Shown piece after piece: positions 57,546 to 64,000 of a stretch of DNA of 64,000 nucleotides. The DNA is from Anaeromyxobacter sp. (GTDB taxonomy: Bacteria > Myxococcota > Myxococcia > Myxococcales > Anaeromyxobacteraceae). Within the stretch, counting starts at the first letter, position 1, and each line of letters begins with the position of its first letter. The notes below the pieces were generated by a model that did not search any database, had not been told where the DNA came from, and saw nothing but the letters and a program-made list of their open reading frames with translations. The translations under genes and the position numbers were made by a program. The DNA is taken from the NCBI GenBank assembly GCA_049840735.1, contig JASGJN010000026.1, positions 384,001 through 448,000 of the forward strand, given 5' to 3'.

Positions 57546-59060
57546 TCAGCGCCGGGCGCGCGGCGCGGGCGCGGCCGACACCTCCAGCCGCCGCCCGAAG
57601 ATGGCCCGGAAGAGCTTCGCCTCGCGCGCCGCGTCCCAGAGCTCGAGGTCCAGCGGCGTCCGCGTCAGCGCCGCGATGCGCACCGCGCGCCGGTCCACCA
57701 CCGTGCGCAGCGCCGTCACGGCCTGGTGGTGGCTGCGGTCGAGCGCGTCAGCGACCCGCAGGAGCCCCACCAGCCGCCGGACGGTGCGGAACTCGCCGGG
57801 CCGGAGCGGCTCCAGGTCCTCCCGGCCGCGCTCCGGGGCGCTGCGCCGGTGGTAGCGCGCCACCAGCGCCACCAGCTGCCGCTCCTGATCCGAGAAGCCG
57901 GGGATGTCGGCGCTGGCGATGAGGTACTGGCTGTGCCGGTGGTGGCGGCTGGGCGAGACGGCGTGGCCCACGTCGTGGAGCAGGGCCGCCGCCTCCAGCA
58001 GGCCGCGCGCGCTGGCCGGCAGGCCGTGCAGCGGGGCCAGCGCGTCGAAGAGCCCCACCGAGAGCCGCGCCACCTGGCGCGCGTGGGCCTCGTCGAAGCG
58101 GAAGCGCCGCCCCAGCGCCAGGGCGGCCAGCACCCGGCCCTCCGCCGCCGCCTCGGCCGCGGCGGGGGAGCGGCGCGCCAGATCGCGCAGCACCCCGTCC
58201 CGCAGCCCGCCCTCGACCGCCACGACCTCCTTGAGCCGCAGCTGGCGCATGGCCGCCTCGAGGATGACCGCCCCGGCCACCACGATCTCCGCGCGCTTGG
58301 CCTCGAAGCGGCGGCGGCGCTCGGCCAGGCTCAGCTCGGCCAGGGCCTCCACGGCCCGCTCCAGCCGGCGCAGCGTGATGCGGCCGCCGTCGCCCTCCGC
58401 CGCCACGACGGCGCTGGCGGTCCCGGAGGAGGCGAGGGCGGTCCTGAAGCGGGGCAGGTCCCGGGGCAGCGAGTCCCGGAAGGCCTCCTCCGCGTAGCTG
58501 CGCAGCACCTTGAGCTGCCCGGGGGAGACGCGGCCGGAGGAGCCGAACAGCTCGGTGAGCCGCACGGCGCCCACCCCGACGCTGTACAGGCCGGTGGGGC
58601 GCTCGCCGCGCGCCGGGGCGACCTCGGTGGAGCCACCGCCGACGTCGATCACCAGCGCGCGCGAGGTGGGCGGCCGGCCAGCCAGCACGCCCATGCAGAT
58701 GAGCCGCGCCTCCTCCCGCCCCGAGACCACCTCCAGCTCCAGCCCCGCCTCGTCCAGCGCGCGGCGGACCACCTGCTCGCGGTTCTTCGCCTCGCGCACC
58801 GCGCTGGTGGCCACCGCTCGCACCCGGGCGCCGTAGCGACGGCAGAGCGCCCCGTAGCGGCGCAGGGTGGCGATCAGCCGGTCGGCGACCGGACGGGGGA
58901 GGCTGCCGGTAGTGAAGACGCCCTCTCCGGGGCGTACGGGATCGCGCTCCTGGTGGAGGGTCTCGAGCGTGCCATCCGGAAGGGGGCGGGCGATCTCCAG
59001 GCGAACGGCGTTGGTGCCGACGTCGATCGCGGCCAGGATCCGGTCTCTTGCGCGCGCCAC
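57546..59060 (-). CDS. ppx: Ppx/GppA phosphatase with HD domain
   Basis: AAIDVGTN, VATSAVRE, SGREEARL, IDVGGGSTE, GLRDGV, LLHDVG. Confidence 0.92.
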   Translation of the reverse strand: MARARDRILAAIDVGTNAVRLEIARPLPDGTLETLHQERDPVRPGEGVFTTGSLPRPVADRLIATLRRYGALCRRYGARVRAVATSAVREAKNREQVVRRALDEAGLELEVVSGREEARLICMGVLAGRPPTSRALVIDVGGGSTEVAPARGERPTGLYSVGVGAVRLTELFGSSGRVSPGQLKVLRSYAEEAFRDSLPRDLPRFRTALASSGTASAVVAAEGDGGRITLRRLERAVEALAELSLAERRRRFEAKRAEIVVAGAVILEAAMRQLRLKEVVAVEGGLRDGVLRDLARRSPAAAEAAAEGRVLAALALGRRFRFDEAHARQVARLSVGLFDALAPLHGLPASARGLLEAAALLHDVGHAVSPSRHHRHSQYLIASADIPGFSDQERQLVALVARYHRRSAPERGREDLEPLRPGEFRTVRRLVGLLRVADALDRSHHQAVTALRTVVDRRAVRIAALTRTPLDLELWDAAREAKLFRAIFGRRLEVSAAPAPRARR

Positions 59061-59203
59061 GGCGCCCCATTGTAGCGCAGCACGCCAGCGCCCGGTGCCC
59101 AGGCGGGCCACCGTTCACCGTTCCGTCACGGAGCGGAAGGCGACCCGGGGGCCTGGGTCCGTTATCTTCTGGAGCAAGAGGCGACAGCCCGAGCCGCTCA
59201 CCC

Positions 59204-61423
59204 ATGGTCCAGCCCAGCACCGCCCCCGCCGCGCTCCCCCTGGAGCCGGCCCCGCCCCGCCGCCCCCTCGATCTGACCGATCCGGGCCTGTTCATCAACC
59301 GCGAGCTCTCCTGGCTCGGGTTCGACGGCCGCGTGCTGGAGGAGGCGCAGGACCGCACCCTCCCCATCTTCGAGCGGCTCAAGTTCCTGGGCATCGTCTC
59401 GTCGAACCTGGACGAGTTCTTCATGGTGCGGGTGGCGGGCCTGAAGAAGCAGATCCTGGGCAACGTGGCCGAGCCGCGCAACGACGGGCTGACGCCGCGC
59501 GAGGCGCTGGCCGCGGTGGCCGCCCGCACGCACGAGCTGGTGGAGGCCCAGTACCGCTGCTGGCGCGAGGAGCTCCTGCCCGAGCTGGCGCGCAACGGGC
59601 TGGTGCTGGTCCCGTCGCGCGACCTCACGCCGGAGCAGGCGGAGGCGGCGCGGGTCCACTTCAACGAGAAGGTCTTCCCGGCGCTCACGCCGCTGGCGGT
59701 CGATCCCGGCCACCCCTTCCCGCACCTGCGCAACAAGTCGCTCAACATCGCGGTGCTGCTGCGCCGCGAGGGGCGCCGCCGCAAGCGCGAGCCGACGCTG
59801 CCGCTGCTGGCCGTGGTCCAGGTGCCGGCGGTGCTGCGCCGGCTGGTGCGCCTCCCCTGCGCGGCCGGGAGCGCCTTCGCGCTCCTCTCCGACGTGATCG
59901 CCGCCCACGCCGGGCTGCTCTTCCCGGGCTACTCGGTCCGGCAGAGCGCGGTCTTCCGCGTGACGCGCAACTGGGACCTCTCCATCGACGAGGAGGAGTC
60001 GGAGGACCTGCTCTCCACGGTGGAGGAGGAGCTGCGCCGGCGCGACCGCGGCGCCGCGGTGCGGCTGGAGCTGTCCGGCGAGGCGCCGGAGGAGCTCGCC
60101 GAGGCGCTGGTCTCGGCGCTCAACCTGGAGCCGGCCGACGTCTACCGCGTCCCCGGCCCCCTGCAGCTGCAGGACCTGGGCGCGCTGGCCGACGCCGATC
60201 CCCGCCCGGAGCTGCGGGTGGAGCCGGTGGCGCCGGTGGTGCCGCCCATCTTCGACGAGGAGGAGCCCATCGTCGAGACGGTGGCGCGCGGGGACGTCCT
60301 GCTTCACCATCCGTACGAGTCGTTCGACCCGGTGGTGCGCTTCGTGGAGGAGGCGGCCGACGACCCGGCGGTGCTGGCCATCAAGATGACGCTCTACCGC
60401 ACCTCGGGCGACAGCCCGTTCGTGCGCGCCCTCTCCCGCGCGGCCGAGAACGGCAAGCAGGTGACGGTGCTGGTGGAGATCAAGGCCCGCTTCGACGAGG
60501 CCAACAACATCGCCTGGGCGCGGCGGCTGGAGGAGGCCGGCGTCCACGTGGTCTACGGCGTGGTGGGGCTCAAGACCCACTGCAAGGTGGCGCTGGTGGT
60601 GCGGCGCGAGGGGAACGGCATCCGGCGCTTCGTGCACCTCGGCACCGGCAACTACAACCCGCTCACCGCCCGCATCTACACCGACCTCTCGCTCTTCACC
60701 GCCAAGCCGGCGCTGGCCGAGGACGTCTCCAACCTGTTCAACATGCTGACCGGCTACGCCGAGCCGCCGCGCTGGCAGAAGCTGGCGGTGGCGCCGTTCG
60801 GCCTGCAGGAGCGGCTGGTGCGGCTCATCGACCGCGAGGCGGAGCGCGCGCGCCGCGGCGAGCCGGCCCGCGTCGTGGCCAAGATGAACTCCATCGTGGA
60901 CCCGGTGGTGATCCGCGCGCTCTACGCGGCCAGCGCCGCGGGCGTGGAGATTGACCTCCTGGTGCGCGGCATCTGCTGCCTGCGCCCGGGCGTGCCGGGC
61001 GTGTCGGAGCGGATCCGCGTCACCTCCATCGTGGACCGCTTCCTGGAGCACAGCCGCGTCTTCGCCTTCGGCGAGTGGCCCGCCGCCGAGGTCTTCCTCT
61101 GCAGCGCCGACTGGATGCCGCGCAACTTCCACAGCCGCGTGGAGGTGCTCTTCCCGCTGGAGGACCCCGCGCTGAAGGCGCGCGTGCTCGACCAGGTGCT
61201 GGGCCTGGCGCTGGCCGACACCGTCAAGGCGCGGCGGCTGCAGCTCGACGGCTCCTACCGCCGGGCCGAGCCGGGCGCGGGCGGGCTGCGCAGCCAGGAG
61301 CAGCTCCTGGCGCTGGCGCGCCAGGCGGCGGAGGCGCCGGTCCGCCCGGTCATCCGCCAGGTGCCCGCGCCGGAGGGGACGCTCGCCGCGGCCTCCCGCG
61401 CGGAGGCGCCGCCGCGCGCCTGA
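59204..61423 (+). CDS. ppk1: Polyphosphate kinase 1
   Basis: FINRELSWL, SNLDEFFMVRVAGL, LHHPYESF, KARFDE, LKTHCK, GTGNYN, SADWMPRN. Confidence 0.97.
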   Translation: MVQPSTAPAALPLEPAPPRRPLDLTDPGLFINRELSWLGFDGRVLEEAQDRTLPIFERLKFLGIVSSNLDEFFMVRVAGLKKQILGNVAEPRNDGLTPREALAAVAARTHELVEAQYRCWREELLPELARNGLVLVPSRDLTPEQAEAARVHFNEKVFPALTPLAVDPGHPFPHLRNKSLNIAVLLRREGRRRKREPTLPLLAVVQVPAVLRRLVRLPCAAGSAFALLSDVIAAHAGLLFPGYSVRQSAVFRVTRNWDLSIDEEESEDLLSTVEEELRRRDRGAAVRLELSGEAPEELAEALVSALNLEPADVYRVPGPLQLQDLGALADADPRPELRVEPVAPVVPPIFDEEEPIVETVARGDVLLHHPYESFDPVVRFVEEAADDPAVLAIKMTLYRTSGDSPFVRALSRAAENGKQVTVLVEIKARFDEANNIAWARRLEEAGVHVVYGVVGLKTHCKVALVVRREGNGIRRFVHLGTGNYNPLTARIYTDLSLFTAKPALAEDVSNLFNMLTGYAEPPRWQKLAVAPFGLQERLVRLIDREAERARRGEPARVVAKMNSIVDPVVIRALYAASAAGVEIDLLVRGICCLRPGVPGVSERIRVTSIVDRFLEHSRVFAFGEWPAAEVFLCSADWMPRNFHSRVEVLFPLEDPALKARVLDQVLGLALADTVKARRLQLDGSYRRAEPGAGGLRSQEQLLALARQAAEAPVRPVIRQVPAPEGTLAAASRAEAPPRA

Positions 61424-61622
61424 GCCCGCACCCGGGACCCGGTCCCGCGACGTCCCGACACCCCTGTCTGCGCCGACCCGGTGGCGCGCTCGTGATGCTT
61501 TCGCCTCGGCGCGCCATGGGGCAGAACCCGCGGCACCTGCCGAGCCGCCGCCCGTCCGGCCTCCCGCGACCTCGCGGGCCGGCCCCGCGGCGCATCGCTC
61601 GCCCGGAACGTTCGAGGTGCAC

Positions 61623-62911
61623 ATGTCCACGGGTCCCCGTCTCTCGCCCCTGCGCAAAGGGGAAAGCTGGCCGTCCTGCTGCCCGGCATGGGCGCGGTGG
61701 CCACCACCGCCATCGCCGGCGTGCTGGCGGTGCGCAAGGGGCTGGCGCAGCCGGTGGGCTGCCTGACGCAGCTGGGCCACCTGATGGACGAGAAGGGCGG
61801 GCACGGCGGCCGGCTCCGCGACGTGCTGCCGCTCGCCGCCTTCGACGACCTGGTCTTCGGCGGCTGGGACCCGGTCCCGGACGACGCCTACCAGGCGGCG
61901 CTGCGCGCCAACGTGCTCGACCGCAAGCACCTCGACCCCCTCCGCGAGGAGCTCGAGGCCATCAAGCCCATGCCGGCGGTGTTCGAGCCGGCCTGGGTGA
62001 GCCGCATCGAGCCGGTCAACGTGAAGAAGGGCTCGCTGCGCGCCCGCGCCGAGGCGCTGCTGGCCGACATGCGCGGCTTCCTGCAGCGGAACGGCTGCGC
62101 CCGCGGCGTGGTGGTCTGGACCGGCTCCACCGAGGCCTACGCCGAGACCGGCCCGGCCCACCTGACCCTGGCCGCCTTCGAGGCCGCGCTGGACGCGGAC
62201 GACAGGACCATCGCGCCCTCGATGGTCTACTGCTGGGCCGCGCTCAACGCCGGGCTGCCCTTCCTGAACGGCGCGCCCAACCTGACCACCGACGTGCCCG
62301 CGCTGCGCGAGCTGGCGGCGAAGAAGGGGCTGCCCACCGGCGGCAAGGACTTCAAGACCGGCCAGACGCTCATGAAGACCACGCTGGCGCCCATGCTCCA
62401 CGCGCGCCTGCTCGGCCTGCAGGGCTGGTTCTCCACCAACATCCTGGGCAACCGCGACGGCGAGGTGCTGGACGACGCCGCCAACTTCAAGACCAAGGAG
62501 GTCTCGAAGCTCTCGGTGCTCGAGGCCATCCTCGACGCGAAGCAGCACCCCGAGCTCTACGGGGACATCGACCACAAGGTCACGATCCACTACTACCCGC
62601 CCCGCGGCGACAACAAGGAGGGCTGGGACGCGATCGACCTGTTCGGGTGGATGGGCTACCCCATGCAGATCAAGATCAACTTCCAGTGCAGGGACTCGAT
62701 CCTGGCCGCGCCGCTGGTGGTGGACCTGGCGCTGCTGGGCGACCTGGCCGCCCGCGCCGGCGAGGCGGGGCCGCAGGAGTGGCTCTCCTTCTTCTTCAAG
62801 AGCCCGGTGACCGCGCCCGGCCACACGCCGGTGCACGACCTCTTCGCGCAGCAGGCCAACCTCCAGGCGAAGCTCCGGGCCTACGCCGCCGCCTACGCGG
62901 CGGCGCGGTAG
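61623..62911 (+). CDS. ino1: Myo-inositol-1-phosphate synthase (probable frameshift near 5' end)
   Basis: KLAVLLPGMGAVATT, FGGWD, GKDFKTGQT, NILGNRDG, RGDNKE, CRDSILAAP. The SD-preceded ATG at 61623 is out of frame with the body. Confidence 0.92.
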
Positions 62912-62920
62912 GAGGGCGCG

Positions 62921-63694
62921 GTGGCGAGCGGCGCCTGGGCGGTGCTGGCGCACCTCGGGCTGGTGGCGCTGACGGCGGTGGTCTACGCCGCCGTACGCCC
63001 GCCCTACCCGGCGCGGCTCGACGGCTACCGCGGCCCGCTCCGCTGGCTGGGCGGCTGGGCCTACTGGGCCACCCGCCCCATCCTGCGCGCCGCCGTCCGC
63101 GGCGGCTGGACGCCGTCGGCGCTCACCTGGATCGGCCTCGCGCTCAACGTGGCCGCCGGCGTGGCCGCGGCCAGGGGCGCCTGGGGCTGGGCCTGGGTGG
63201 CGCTGCTGTGGGGCTCCACCGGCGACCTGCTGGACGGCGCGCTGGCGCGCGAGACCGGCACGGGCAGCAAGGCCGGCGCCTTCCTCGACTCCAACCTCGA
63301 CCGGCTCTCCGAGATCGCGCTGCTGGGCGGCTTCGCGGTGGGGCTGCCGGCGCCGGCCGGCGAGGCCTGGGCGGTGGCGGCGCTGGCCGCCTCGCTGATG
63401 GTCTCCTACACGCGCGCCCGCGGTGAGGGGCTGGGCGTGGACTGCCCCGGCTTCGGGATGGAGCGGCCGCACCGGATGGTGCTCTTCCTCTTCGCGCTGG
63501 TGGTGGCGCCGTTCCTGGCGCCGTCCGCCGCCGACCTGCTCCTGGTGATCACCTGTGGGGTGGTGGCGGTGGGTGCGAGCCTGACGGCGGTGGCGCGGCT
63601 GGTGGTGATCGATCGCCTGCTCCGGGCTCCCCCGCCGGTGGCGGCCGAGGAGGCACACGGTCGCCGCGGGACCCAGCCGGGCGGGATGCCGTAG
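62921..63694 (+). CDS. CDP-alcohol phosphatidyltransferase (phosphatidylinositol(-phosphate) synthase-like)
   Basis: TPSALT, DLLDGALAR..GAFLDSNLDR motif, VSYTRARGEGLG, MERPHR. Confidence 0.88.
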   Translation: MASGAWAVLAHLGLVALTAVVYAAVRPPYPARLDGYRGPLRWLGGWAYWATRPILRAAVRGGWTPSALTWIGLALNVAAGVAAARGAWGWAWVALLWGSTGDLLDGALARETGTGSKAGAFLDSNLDRLSEIALLGGFAVGLPAPAGEAWAVAALAASLMVSYTRARGEGLGVDCPGFGMERPHRMVLFLFALVVAPFLAPSAADLLLVITCGVVAVGASLTAVARLVVIDRLLRAPPPVAAEEAHGRRGTQPGGMP

Positions 63695-63703
63695 GCTGCC
63701 GCC

Positions 63704-64000
63704 GTGCGCGTCTGCATCATCACGCCGTACGACCTGGCCATCGACGGCGGCGTGAACCGCCACGCCTTCTCGCTGGCCGCCGCGCTGGGCCGGCTGGGGC
63801 ACGAGGCGGAGGTGCTGGGGCCCACCAGCGGCCCGGCGCCGGCCGGCGCCCACGGCCTGCCCGGCGTGGTGCCGGTGCCGGCCAACGGCTCGGTGGCGCG
63901 CATCGGCCTGCTCACGCCGCCCAGGCTCACCCGCGAGTTCCTGGCCGACGGCGGCTTCGACCTGGTCCACGTGCACGAGCCCATCGTGCCCGGGCCGGGG
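63704..64000 (+). CDS. Glycosyltransferase family 4, PimA-like (3' truncated by window)
   Basis: Manual translation VRVCIITPYDLAIDGGVNRHAFSLAAALGRLGHEAEVLGP...VPANGSVARI...FDLVHVHEP. Confidence 0.8.
   Translation, partial: MRVCIITPYDLAIDGGVNRHAFSLAAALGRLGHEAEVLGPTSGPAPAGAHGLPGVVPVPANGSVARIGLLTPPRLTREFLADGGFDLVHVHEPIVPGPG

Noticed and set aside
59198..63976. Very long antisense or alternative-frame ORFs (e.g. 1592 aa here, 29888-32767, 54169-57162, 19486-23004)
   Set aside because: Shadow ORFs expected at very high GC. They overlap well-supported genes and give Arg/Gly/Ala-rich sequence without motifs.

Overview
Very GC-rich bacterial chromosome segment. Gene content and protein sequences point to an Anaeromyxobacter-like Myxococcota member (inference). 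The backbone is housekeeping: rplU-rpmA-obgE; kdsB-pyrG-kdsA-kdsC-lptCAB-rpoN...hpf-ptsN; a YIP1-TolC-MacA/MacB-type ABC exporter-lepB operon; ppx/ppk1; and ino1-PI synthase-PimA-like GT4. About 19 kb (26.7-45.5 kb) lies between rpoN and hpf, which are normally adjacent. It encodes a membrane-anchored winged-helix/TPR regulator divergent from an operon of exported proteins: a ~1900-aa beta-helix/Ig-like protein, three two-domain multicopper-oxidase paralogues, a subtilase, a lipoprotein, a SCO copper chaperone and a cytochrome c/periplasmic-binding-protein fusion. The copper ligands of the paralogues are complementary: A has only the domain-1 set, B only the domain-2 set, and C none. This suggests a heterotrimeric split laccase, the best candidate for an undescribed system here. 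Other points: an nrtR-nrtX-nrtY operon with a 40-bp palindromic operator; a family of palindromic repeats, one apparently translated in-frame in kdsC; a SigW-like promoter before the yknWXYZ-like exporter; and about 22 single-base frameshifts, mostly at GATC sites. The frameshifts are best read as methylation-linked long-read errors, so frameshifted genes are reported as single CDSs. No rRNA, tRNA, CRISPR array, transposase or integrase was recognised.
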